A DNA stretch of 57,742 bases from the IMG/VR virus record IMGVR_UViG_2616645027_000001. The stretch is one strand, 5' to 3'. How positions within the stretch are numbered: the first letter of the stretch is position 1; each line of letters begins with the position of its first letter. This document shows, one piece after another, positions 1 through 7,611 of this stretch. The notes under the pieces are model-generated. The model was given only the letters and a program-made list of their open reading frames with translations, did not search any database and was not told where the DNA came from. This stretch comes from a virus. The position numbers were made by a program, and so were the translations under genes.

Positions 1-77
1 CAAATGGGCCGACAAAAACACGTTCGTTATTACAAAGGACGGGGATCAAATTTTAAAAGCGGAGTTTTCAGAATGAA
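1..77. repeat. Terminal overlap identical to 57666..57742 (circular-assembly closure)
   Basis: The first 77 nt recur exactly as the last 77 nt. Genes are continuous across the junction. Confidence 0.9.
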
Positions 78-408
78 ACACCAAATATTATTGTCTTTAC
101 TGATCTTGTGGTCAGTTACGGTCCTCTCAGCTTGCGGAGGTTCAGGAAGTTCATCAGGTGGCGGCATGGAGGTTGTTCCTAAGCAATGCTTTAAAAATGC
201 AAGTGAGTGGCGGCGACAGCATAATCGAGCCCACGCTATCTTAGGTGGTTGTGTTTCTTTAGTTCATCCAGAATGCACGCGAGAAAAACGTCAGCGCGGG
301 TGGAGAAGGCCAGCGACTGAATTTCATGCTAATAGTGGTCGAAATGTTAAAGCTTGTTATTCAGATGCAGAATTACGCGGCAGTGCCGAGGGGTTTCCAC
401 ATGGGTAG
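73..408 (+). CDS. Early lipoprotein, 111 aa (superinfection-exclusion candidate)
   Basis: ATG 73 lies inside track ORF 4..408, with GGAG at 61-64. MKHQILLSLLILWSVTVLSAC is a signal peptide with lipobox LSAC. The ATGA overlaps the stop of the YD-repeat gene across the junction. Confidence 0.6.
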   Translation: MKHQILLSLLILWSVTVLSACGGSGSSSGGGMEVVPKQCFKNASEWRRQHNRAHAILGGCVSLVHPECTREKRQRGWRRPATEFHANSGRNVKACYSDAELRGSAEGFPHG

Positions 409-643
409 TATCGAAATAAATGTATATCTGGCAATAGCCGCGACGGGCGTAATACTATACTGTTTTTTATGTCTATTGGAGTGGTTCTTAGTTGCTCAAG
501 TGACGTGGTTAAGGTTATTCACGTTTGAGTTTTGGATGCTTGTCTTGCTGATACCGAGCCTATTTGTGAGTTACTTGTATTGGCGCGTTGATGATGCGTG
601 GCTACAGCTGTACGAAATGATTTCCGGCGCGGGGTGGCAGTAA
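401..643 (+). CDS. Small integral membrane protein, 80 aa
   Basis: ATG 401 follows GAGGGG and overlaps the upstream stop (ATGGGTAG). Two to three hydrophobic spans are present (YLAIAATGVILYCFLCLL, FWMLVLLIPSLFVSYLYW). Confidence 0.5.
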   Translation: MGSIEINVYLAIAATGVILYCFLCLLEWFLVAQVTWLRLFTFEFWMLVLLIPSLFVSYLYWRVDDAWLQLYEMISGAGWQ

Positions 644-645
644 TC

Positions 646-1101
646 ATGAACAATAAACAAATAGACAGGTCCGCTTTTATCGGAACTGAGTTTGATTGTG
701 AGTTCACAGATGATAACGATTCCGACTGGTATCCAAGTCCGTTAACTCGTATAACGTTTGTTACCGACGGTGAAGTACAAACCGACAAGCAGTATCACTG
801 TTGTGTAGATCAAGGGGTAAGGTATTGCCGACCCCGCCTGAGCAAACCTCAAGTGTTAACTGATTACAGTAAGGTGCTTGTTCATGGGTTGGTGTGGAAT
901 GTTTGTGCTAATAATTATAAACAACTTAACAACGAGCCTTTCATATACGAAAAGCGAAGTAGCAATGCGGTTAAGTATATTTGTGGTAACGACAATTACA
1001 CTGTCCAATGGCTAGAATGCATCGGAGTAGAAGCTGGTAAAGGCTACGACGAATGGGCAGAGGATCACGCTATGCCGCTTATTGAATTGGGGAGTGTGTG
1101 A
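646..1101 (+). CDS. Hypothetical protein, 151 aa
   Basis: ATG 646 is in frame within track ORF 598..1101, preceded by GGGGTGG, 3 nt after the upstream stop. Confidence 0.55.
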   Translation: MNNKQIDRSAFIGTEFDCEFTDDNDSDWYPSPLTRITFVTDGEVQTDKQYHCCVDQGVRYCRPRLSKPQVLTDYSKVLVHGLVWNVCANNYKQLNNEPFIYEKRSSNAVKYICGNDNYTVQWLECIGVEAGKGYDEWAEDHAMPLIELGSV

Positions 1102-1226
1102 TGTCTTTAACCGGAAGAAAAAGATACAGAATTGAAAATCGCTTATTTAGGAGACCTTTATGTGTTTTACAGCTAGAAATTAAACATAAGGTTTTTAGTA
1201 GTGCTGCGGGGAGGGTGAGAAATGAT
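1101..1226 (+). CDS. Small basic protein, 41 aa (below track cutoff)
   Basis: TGATG overlaps the upstream stop and the ATGA overlaps the next start. Sequence begins MSLTGRKRYRIENRLFRRPL. Confidence 0.3.
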
Positions 1227-1425
1227 TGAATTTAAAAAATTGGATGCTGACATTATAGGAGTTCATAGCGATCAAATAACTCGCACAATAGGGAATATTT
1301 TTAGCCATGATGAAATTCAGCCAGCTCACTGCACCTTAGACGATATGGTGTGCTGGTATGCTGACGACCTAAGAGCCATAGCAGACAAGCTAGACGAACT
1401 AAACGCGGAGGCTGATAATGGCTAA
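1222..1425 (+). CDS. Small protein, 67 aa, paralog of 1628..1825
   Basis: Shares the N-terminus MIEF and the C-terminus DLRAIADKLDEL. The 46-nt segments 1366-1411 and 1769-1814 differ at one position. Confidence 0.55.
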   Translation: MIEFKKLDADIIGVHSDQITRTIGNIFSHDEIQPAHCTLDDMVCWYADDLRAIADKLDELNAEADNG

Positions 1426-1594
1426 CGAATACAACCCGCCTGCTGATTGGAGGCCTCAACATTGCGGCACATTAACAATGCCAATACTGGACGACATTAC
1501 CGAAGATTGTTTCAATAACACGGTTATAAGCTTTGGTATTCAGCATTCCATTGTTTTGGATTGCGAAACTCGTGAGGTGATTGACAATGACTAA
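1418..1594 (+). CDS. Small protein, 58 aa (below track cutoff)
   Basis: The ATG overlaps the end of the upstream gene. The ORF ends in AAT GAC TAA inside leader-element copy 1. Confidence 0.35.
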   Translation: MANEYNPPADWRPQHCGTLTMPILDDITEDCFNNTVISFGIQHSIVLDCETREVIDND

Positions 1595-1633
1595 GAAACT
1601 AGGTATGAGTGTATTGGAGGGTTTGGAATGATT
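1572..1633 (+). repeat. Leader element copy 1: SD plus 14-codon mini-ORF (MTKKLGMSVLEGLE) plus SD/ATG of next gene
   Basis: GTGAGGTG..ATGACTAAGAAACTAGGTATGAGTGTATTGGAGGGTTTGGAATGATT closely resembles 3681..3740 and 1964..1993. Confidence 0.6.
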
Positions 1634-1825
1634 GAATTTACTAAAGATAAAATCAAAACCCAATGGGTCGTAAAAATAAAATCTTGTATTAGTGGGATTA
1701 TAACCAGTTTCAACGATGGATATGTTTACAACCACAATCCAGACTATAAATATATTTTGCACGCAAGCGACCTAAGAGCCATAGCAGACAAGCTAGACGA
1801 ACTAAAAGCGGAGGTTTGGGAATGA
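1628..1825 (+). CDS. Small protein, 65 aa, paralog of 1222..1425
   Basis: Track ORF. GGAGGG SD. The ATGA overlaps the mini-ORF stop. Confidence 0.55.
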   Translation: MIEFTKDKIKTQWVVKIKSCISGIITSFNDGYVYNHNPDYKYILHASDLRAIADKLDELKAEVWE

Positions 1826-1971
1826 TTTTAAAAAGATTTAGGTGGTATCGCAAGATGAAGGGCGGCTATTGGATTAAGTATCATTACCTTGGCTGGCAGC
1901 AGGTGGGCAAGTTGGACCATGACTTTAGGCGTTCGCTTTATGAATCAGAGAGCTGGGTTAATAATGACTAA
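1822..1971 (+). CDS. Small basic protein, 49 aa (below track cutoff)
   Basis: ATGA overlap at 1822. Sequence begins MILKRFRWYRKMKGGYW. Ends AAT GAC TAA inside leader-element copy 2. Confidence 0.3.
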   Translation: MILKRFRWYRKMKGGYWIKYHYLGWQQVGKLDHDFRRSLYESESWVNND

Positions 1972-1993
1972 GAAACTAAATATGAGTGTATTG
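1964..1993 (+). repeat. Leader element copy 2 (fused in frame to the following gene)
   Basis: ATGACTAAGAAACTAAATATGAGTGTATTG matches copies 1 and 3. Confidence 0.55.
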
Positions 1994-2410
1994 TCAGAAA
2001 ATATGTTAGTCGAAGTTCATACAATGATTGGCGGTTTTTGGGGCTGGTTTATACATAAAAATCAAAAAGACGGTTTTTATGTTGAAGGGTTTTCTAATCC
2101 AAGACCAATCAGGCCGCTATCAAATCAGTGGTATTTCAACGACGGCAGCATGGTTTTACCTGATGGGCTGGTCTGCAAAGTGTCGAACATGCCGGAAGAT
2201 TTCATTTATAAGGTTTGGACGAGCGATAAATATGGTAAAGGGTTGTGGTTGATTTCTTCAAAAAATAAAGACCAAGCACTGCACAAGCTTTGTTTTGAGA
2301 AAGCTGACTACGGGTTATCTACCAAAGGTAATGCAATAAAAATACTAGGCGTAACCGAAGAATACAGAGAAGCTGGCGAGGCTTTGAGTATGGAGGTAAT
2401 CGAGATATGA
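1964..2410 (+). CDS. Hypothetical protein, 148 aa
   Basis: In frame with track ORF 1889..2410. I prefer ATG 1964 (MTKKLNMSVL), which is the conserved leader ATG. Confidence 0.5.
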   Translation: MTKKLNMSVLSENMLVEVHTMIGGFWGWFIHKNQKDGFYVEGFSNPRPIRPLSNQWYFNDGSMVLPDGLVCKVSNMPEDFIYKVWTSDKYGKGLWLISSKNKDQALHKLCFEKADYGLSTKGNAIKILGVTEEYREAGEALSMEVIEI

Positions 2411-2916
2411 ACACACAAGAAGAACTAGCCTATGCATTAGCTAAGCACGCACACGCTGGGCAAAAGTACGGCGACCATGATTATTTTGAGTATCACGTTT
2501 TAGGCGTGGCTAATCAGTTTGACCACCTTTGTTATTACGAAACAACCCGCGACAAAAACAACAGCGTCAGAATGAAGTGTAAAAAGTGTGGGCATGACGG
2601 GTTGAAATATCAAGATCGTTGCGCGGGTTACGACTCCAAAGCATACATTGTAGCCTTGTTACATGATGTTGTTGAAGATAGTCATATAAGTATGTTGACC
2701 ATAGAAAATTTATTTACAGAGGGTATTAGAAACTCGGTTAACGCAATGTCTAATATTTATGACGACACTTATGAAGAGTATATTTCGTATTTATCCAGAA
2801 ATAAAACGGCAATTAAAGTCAAAATAGCAGACCTTAAATTCCACCTATCGCAACCTGAAGTACGGCATAAAGAGCGGTACACGAAGGCCTTGCGATTATT
2901 GGAGGAATCTTTATGA
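2407..2916 (+). CDS. HD-domain hydrolase, SpoT/RelA-hydrolase-like (small alarmone hydrolase candidate)
   Basis: HAHAGQKYGDHDYFEYHVLGV and ALLHDVVEDS match the (p)ppGpp-hydrolase HD signature. A Cys-containing insert (CKKCGH..C) lies between them. Confidence 0.65.
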   Translation: MNTQEELAYALAKHAHAGQKYGDHDYFEYHVLGVANQFDHLCYYETTRDKNNSVRMKCKKCGHDGLKYQDRCAGYDSKAYIVALLHDVVEDSHISMLTIENLFTEGIRNSVNAMSNIYDDTYEEYISYLSRNKTAIKVKIADLKFHLSQPEVRHKERYTKALRLLEESL

Positions 2917-3176
2917 GCAACCCTAAGACTATTTACATTGATGACGAGCAATCGATAGAAAACCCCGCAGGGTTGTGGACTGATCACCGAGAGCTACCCA
3001 GCGACAAAGAATACCGCCTAGTAGGTGAGTGTGTTTGGGAGAAAGATAAATCCTATACGACGTTTACGGTTTTCCTGGCTAAATGCGGCAATCAATTCGA
3101 TCATGATGATGCTGACTTTAAACCTGATGAAGATTTATTCTGCTCATGCGGCGACAGGATAAAGGTGGAGTCGTGA
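2913..3176 (+). CDS. Hypothetical protein, 87 aa
   Basis: Track ORF with ATGA coupling to the upstream gene. Confidence 0.5.
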   Translation: MSNPKTIYIDDEQSIENPAGLWTDHRELPSDKEYRLVGECVWEKDKSYTTFTVFLAKCGNQFDHDDADFKPDEDLFCSCGDRIKVES

Positions 3177-3361
3177 GAGTATATTTTTTCTATGATTGTT
3201 GCTTAACAGGCTGTGTCTCGACATCGACAAAAAACTGGAAATACAGAGGCTTTGGTGTTTCATTCGGGAAAAAAGAAGATATGAGGTGCTTGAACTTAGG
3301 ATTGTTTTTTGTTTCTTTGACGATTGGATGGCTATCTGACGCCGATAAGGTGGAGGGCTAA
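3173..3361 (+). CDS. Hypothetical small protein, 62 aa
   Basis: GTG 3173 follows GGTGGAG. GTGA overlap with the upstream stop. In frame with track ORF 3146..3361. Confidence 0.3.
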   Translation: MRVYFFYDCCLTGCVSTSTKNWKYRGFGVSFGKKEDMRCLNLGLFFVSLTIGWLSDADKVEG

Positions 3362-3577
3362 GTGATTAATTATCGGTACATCGCGTTAGAGAAGTTAAGA
3401 AAGATGATAAGTTTAGGTTAAAGCGCGACCACTTAAGAGTGGCAACATTTATTCGAGGTTATCCTTTATACACAAGGGCCAAAGATACGAGCGAGAGTTT
3501 GAAAAGATATTTGCTCAACGCGGCCTAGTCACCAAAGCCAAGCAGTTTGCTAACGATATTATGGAGGGTATAGAGAA

Positions 3578-3697
3578 ATGAAAGACAGATCAGGATTATA
3601 CGTAATGGTATTTATAGCAATGATTGCCTCCTGTAGTGCCGATAACAATACAGCGAGGATAATTAAGATTGCTAACACCTGTGAGGTGCAGAAATGA
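3578..3697 (+). CDS. Mini-lipoprotein, 39 aa (below track cutoff)
   Basis: GGAGGG SD. MKDRSGLYVMVFIAMIASC carries lipobox IASC. The stop overlaps the ATG of leader-element copy 3. Confidence 0.4.
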   Translation: MKDRSGLYVMVFIAMIASCSADNNTARIIKIANTCEVQK

Positions 3698-3740
3698 CTA
3701 AGAAACTAGATATGGGTGTATCGGAGGGTTGGGAATGATT
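3681..3740 (+). repeat. Leader element copy 3: SD plus mini-ORF (MTKKLDMGVSEGWE) plus start of next gene
   Basis: GTGAGGTG..ATGACTAAGAAACTAGATATGGGTGTATCGGAGGGTTGGGAATGATT. Confidence 0.6.
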
Positions 3741-4130
3741 TGCCCTAATTGTAAAAGTACAAAATCAAAGGTGTTAGATACCGGAAGGGAAGGCGAAATA
3801 ATACTTCGTAGACGAGAGTGTAAGGAGTGTGGTGAACGGTTCAACACGTGCGAAGCGCTGACACAGGTTAGCGGTACCCGTACTAAGAAAACAAACAGGC
3901 AAAAACGTTTACTCAAGTCCACGAACGCGATAGCTGCATCAAAGGTTCGTTCTGTGAAGAACAATGCGTGTCTAATATCTGGGGTGGAAGCTAAGCGTAA
4001 GAGAGCAGAGAGGACCAAGCGCCGTCGGGACGCAGAGGATATGGAGGAGTATTATTCAGAAGAGTATGTGGACACCCTTGTGTCCGATGACGAAGTTAAA
4101 GACCTATTAGAATTATTTGGAGAGAACTAA
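3735..4130 (+). CDS. NrdR-like zinc-ribbon protein without ATP-cone, 131 aa
   Basis: MICPNCKSTKSKVLDTGREGEIILRRRECKECGERFNTCE mirrors the NrdR N-terminal CxxC..CxxC ribbon. The C-terminus is a basic then acidic tail. I prefer ATG 3735 over the track TTG 3729. Confidence 0.55.
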   Translation: MICPNCKSTKSKVLDTGREGEIILRRRECKECGERFNTCEALTQVSGTRTKKTNRQKRLLKSTNAIAASKVRSVKNNACLISGVEAKRKRAERTKRRRDAEDMEEYYSEEYVDTLVSDDEVKDLLELFGEN

Positions 4131-4345
4131 TGTGGATATTATTGATGATAGCTTATTTTGCTATGGGAATTAAAGTTGCACTTGATTTTAACAAGACGGA
4201 CGACCCTGCACTTGACTGCCCTGTAAATAGAGCAGGTTTATTTATAATCCATATAGTTCTTGGCCCCATTGTATGGTTGATTGAGTCACCGACTTTAAAC
4301 CTTTTTAGCAGAATCGGAAAGTATTTGGAAAAGATAAGTAAATAA
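4130..4345 (+). CDS. Small membrane protein, 71 aa
   Basis: TAATG coupling and two hydrophobic spans. Confidence 0.5.
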   Translation: MWILLMIAYFAMGIKVALDFNKTDDPALDCPVNRAGLFIIHIVLGPIVWLIESPTLNLFSRIGKYLEKISK

Positions 4346-4360
4346 AACAGGAGAGAACTA

Positions 4361-4609
4361 ATGCCCACACCATTAAGATACTACACTAATATGACCGAAG
4401 CAGAAGCGTTGAATAACCTTATCGAAGACGCCGGACTAGATTTACAAGAGGCACGGTTAGTCAAAGAAAAGTTGCATTCCATCAGCATAGAAAAAGCTAC
4501 GGATATGGAACAAGTCATTGAAGCCATTGAAGTCATTGAAGACATGGGGCACGCTATATTATGCTTACATGATAGAATAGATGAAGCAAAATATATCCTA
4601 GGTAATTAA
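4361..4609 (+). CDS. Hypothetical acidic protein, 82 aa
   Basis: Track ORF with a GGAGAG SD. Confidence 0.5.
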   Translation: MPTPLRYYTNMTEAEALNNLIEDAGLDLQEARLVKEKLHSISIEKATDMEQVIEAIEVIEDMGHAILCLHDRIDEAKYILGN

Positions 4610-4611
4610 AC

Positions 4612-4806
4612 ATGGTTGATATAACAAAGTGCTTGAATGAAGATTGTGTGTTAAAGTTGCACTGTTACCGATACACATCCGAGGCCGGAGGCAGGCAGTC
4701 ATATTCCGATTTTAAATATGATAATAATCATGGCTGTGACTATTACTGGCCAACCTTAGATAAAGAAAATAGAGAACGTTTTGAAGATACGGATAACAGT
4801 AAGTGA
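4612..4806 (+). CDS. Small Cys-rich protein, 64 aa
   Basis: Has the pattern KC..(E)DC....C.RY....CDYY, which I recall as recurrent in small phage proteins. Confidence 0.5.
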   Translation: MVDITKCLNEDCVLKLHCYRYTSEAGGRQSYSDFKYDNNHGCDYYWPTLDKENRERFEDTDNSK

Positions 4807-4978
4807 GGGCACCCACGTTATTAAACAAACTAAGCTCCCTAGAATGGAGTTTATCATAAAACTATGTGATCAACTAACACCCGATATAAAACAGGTAATA
4901 ACCTTGCTATCCGATCTAAATAGTGGTAAAGTACTAATTTACAAATACAATCAATACACGATTACCGGGCAAGTATGA
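4781..4978 (+). CDS. Hypothetical small protein (start uncertain: TTG 4781 or ATG 4844)
   Basis: Track ORF with no convincing SD at either start. Confidence 0.3.
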   Translation: MKIRITVSEGTHVIKQTKLPRMEFIIKLCDQLTPDIKQVITLLSDLNSGKVLIYKYNQYTITGQV

Positions 4979-5421
4979 AGATTAAAAAACTTAAAGAACA
5001 GATTCGTAACTTACGCAAGTTAGACGTAATCATCAGCAACAAGATAATTGAGGAGATCGACACAAGTCACTTAAATGACTGGATTACAAACGAGCCGTGC
5101 GGCGCTAGGGGGTGTATCTTAGGCGATTATGTGTTGCAAAATAAAATGACCCCCGATAATGCAGCTTTGTGGGAAACCGAAGTTTTACCTAATGGTAATG
5201 TACGGATTGGTAATCTCAGGAAATTTAGCGAATATTGTCAGTACTTAGACGCAAAAAAAGAGTTCGGTGTTAAAGTGCCTCGTGATTCTGCGGGTTACGG
5301 AGAGAATTCCGAGCACGCTATTTTTACAAGTGAGGATATCAGTTACGAAAAGCGTTTAAAGCTGGTGCGTAAGCAAATTAAGAAGTTGACTGCAAAGCTA
5401 AAATCGTATACCGAAAACTAG
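4975..5421 (+). CDS. Hypothetical protein, 148 aa
   Basis: Track ORF with ATGA coupling. Confidence 0.55.
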   Translation: MKIKKLKEQIRNLRKLDVIISNKIIEEIDTSHLNDWITNEPCGARGCILGDYVLQNKMTPDNAALWETEVLPNGNVRIGNLRKFSEYCQYLDAKKEFGVKVPRDSAGYGENSEHAIFTSEDISYEKRLKLVRKQIKKLTAKLKSYTEN

Positions 5422-5422
5422 T

Positions 5423-5737
5423 ATGTTAATTTCAGTAGACTACGACGGTACCTATAGCGCCGACCCTGAGACTTTTGACTTAGTTATAACCGAGTTCCAA
5501 ACCAATGGTCACGAGGTCATCATAGTTACTGCTCGGACAACCGATGATCCGGTCAAAATAAATCCTAATCTGGACATAGCTGTATACTACACAGAGGGAG
5601 CCGACAAAGACCCTTATATGGTAGACAACCACGGGCTAGACGTTGATATCTGGATTGAGGATCGCCCTCAGTCGGTTGGTAAAATAGATAATTGGAAATT
5701 CGATCAAGTTAAAAAAATGTGGTACCAAGAGTCATGA
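5423..5737 (+). CDS. HAD-superfamily phosphatase-like protein (nucleotidase candidate), 104 aa
   Basis: N-terminal VDYDGT matches HAD motif I (DxDxT). IIVTAR and WIEDRP are positioned like motifs II and IV. Confidence 0.45.
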   Translation: MLISVDYDGTYSADPETFDLVITEFQTNGHEVIIVTARTTDDPVKINPNLDIAVYYTEGADKDPYMVDNHGLDVDIWIEDRPQSVGKIDNWKFDQVKKMWYQES

Positions 5738-5777
5738 AAAACGACTGTATTGGTTTAATAGAAAGCAGAGGAATATA

Positions 5778-5996
5778 ATGAGAAAAGTTAATCCTAATTT
5801 CGGCATAAAGTTTTGGAAGAAGGGGCAGCGCATGTCTTCTGTTCAAGACCTTAGAACCGGGTTTATCTTATATTGGCCTAAGCAGAGAAATGCACCTGCT
5901 GGTAGGCAGGTCGATGAGAACATATTACGGTTCATGTCTAACGTACAACCCCCGCCGGAGCCGGAGCCGCTGCCACCTCACATAACAGTAAAATAA
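5778..5996 (+). CDS. Hypothetical protein, 72 aa
   Basis: Track ORF with an AGAGGAA SD. Confidence 0.4.
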   Translation: MRKVNPNFGIKFWKKGQRMSSVQDLRTGFILYWPKQRNAPAGRQVDENILRFMSNVQPPPEPEPLPPHITVK

Positions 5997-6065
5997 TGCT
6001 TTACATACTCCCCTAACCGTGATACTTTATGAGTAGATTAAACAACTAATATTGAGAAAACAATT

Positions 6066-6521
6066 ATGACGCCTTTTGAAGTACAATTTCCCACTGCGGA
6101 CGAAAACACCGTTTTTATTTACCATCGTAACGACCACTATAGTAGTGATAAATATAATGGGGAGTACACTCTTCGACACGATGACGGAAGTGTGTGCCCC
6201 AGTTTTAATAAAGTAGATGGAAACGGTTACTGTTATTTATGGTTACGCTATATGTCCATAAGAGAGGAGTTCAGCCACGGGGACCCTATCGTTTACATGT
6301 CTGGTGGGGAATCGAAGAAAGGGACCTATGTTGGTAGGACACACGGATTAAATAACATTGAGGTTGATGTGTTTATTGTGATCCATGAGGACGGACATTT
6401 GACCTTTGCCTCGCATTGTCAACACCCGCCTTCTACTGCAACCGTTACTTTATCGGATGGCACCAAGGTTGAGCTCAGTAAAGAAAGTGTTGATGCTTTA
6501 CGCGAGGGCATTACTAGCTGA
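6066..6521 (+). CDS. Hypothetical protein, 151 aa
   Basis: Track ORF. Confidence 0.55.
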   Translation: MTPFEVQFPTADENTVFIYHRNDHYSSDKYNGEYTLRHDDGSVCPSFNKVDGNGYCYLWLRYMSIREEFSHGDPIVYMSGGESKKGTYVGRTHGLNNIEVDVFIVIHEDGHLTFASHCQHPPSTATVTLSDGTKVELSKESVDALREGITS

Positions 6522-6802
6522 TGAGGGTAGAGGAGATCATGCAGTCGGTGGAAGGGATTGTCGGACCTAGCAGAAAGTCTTTGGAAAAAGATGCGATAAC
6601 CTACGCTTTGGGCACAAACCACTGGACTTTATTAATGGTGGCTGATAGAGGAGCTTACTTGGACCGGGAAGACGGGGTTGAAATATTTATGTTCGACGGT
6701 CGCCCGATGATAAGTTTTCGTAAACTCCTTACTGAAAATATCTCTGTTTATAAAATACAGCGTCATCATTATCAATATGAAGTACTGTATGAGGTAAAAT
6801 AA
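6521..6802 (+). CDS. Hypothetical protein (alternative start ATG 6539 behind AGGAG)
   Basis: Track ORF with ATGA coupling at 6521. Confidence 0.5.
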   Translation: MRVEEIMQSVEGIVGPSRKSLEKDAITYALGTNHWTLLMVADRGAYLDREDGVEIFMFDGRPMISFRKLLTENISVYKIQRHHYQYEVLYEVK

Positions 6803-6805
6803 TAC

Positions 6806-6834
6806 TTTACTTTTTAAAAAAGCTATGTTAAAAT
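6806..6834 (+). promoter_or_regulatory. Sigma70-like promoter TTTACT-17-TGtTAAAAT
   Basis: Read directly. It is followed by the ACAAGTTGCAT motif at 6853-6863 and the SD/ATG of the 6905 gene. Confidence 0.4.
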
Positions 6835-6904
6835 TTTTATACAAATTAAGGCACAAGTTGCATTTAGGAATTTCCCATCCTCACAAATAATAGGAGATAT
6901 TAAA

Positions 6905-7387
6905 ATGAGTAAGCAAGATTTTGAAGAAGAGTTAGCAGTAATAATAGAAACGGTTCGTGTAACGGCACTCGCGAATAAGACGGCGCAGGTTATGTCTAAA
7001 CATGTTCCTCATGCAATAGTTCTTAACTTCTTTTTTGATAACGGAAATGAAGGAGAGGCGATGACACAGCACTTGGATAGCGTGGGTAGCTCTGATGAGA
7101 TGTTAGAAGCATTTGTAGAGCTAGATAAGTTACCTAAAGAAGGGCCTTTTAGTGAGCCGCGTTTTGACTTTGATCTAAAGCAAATGCAGAAAGCGCTGCC
7201 AGTAATGGTCAGGTTTATGGATGCCTTTATCTATAACCTTGGCACCACAGCTGTAACTTTATCAAAATTACCAAATGAAATGGACAGGTTACTTTCAGAA
7301 AAGGATAAAGATAATATGTTTTCTCCGGCTAAATTACGATTTGAGGATGAAGGGCAGGAAGAGCAGGAAGAGCAGGTAATCCACTAA
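6905..7387 (+). CDS. Hypothetical protein with acidic C-terminus, 160 aa
   Basis: Track ORF. Its SD context ATAGGAGATATTAAA is identical to the one at 8603-8617. Confidence 0.55.
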   Translation: MSKQDFEEELAVIIETVRVTALANKTAQVMSKHVPHAIVLNFFFDNGNEGEAMTQHLDSVGSSDEMLEAFVELDKLPKEGPFSEPRFDFDLKQMQKALPVMVRFMDAFIYNLGTTAVTLSKLPNEMDRLLSEKDKDNMFSPAKLRFEDEGQEEQEEQVIH

Positions 7388-7433
7388 GATTTCATAAACC
7401 ATGGGCAATAGTACCTGATATTGGAGTAATAGA

Positions 7434-7571
7434 ATGGTTCTTTTTTTATGCGCAGCGCTAATGTGGTGCGAAATATTAGGCGTAACGAGTTTTGATGGTT
7501 TTGTAAAGTTTTTATGTTTGCTTATATTTTTTATTGAGGTGATTGATTGGTGGTGTGAGCTGCCCAACTAA
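7434..7571 (+). CDS. Small hydrophobic protein, 45 aa (below track cutoff)
   Basis: GGAG lies 7 nt upstream. Sequence is MVLFLCAALMWCEILGV...LCLLIFFIEVIDWW. Confidence 0.4.
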   Translation: MVLFLCAALMWCEILGVTSFDGFVKFLCLLIFFIEVIDWWCELPN

Positions 7572-7611
7572 ATAACCCAGCCTATTAAGGCTTTATGGAG
7601 GTATTGAAATT

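Noticed and set aside
3362-3577. Possible small ORFs in the 216-nt gap (GTG 3362, 19 aa; GTG 3438, 29 aa)
   Set aside because: They are very short, use non-ATG starts, and have no SD. I could not support either one.
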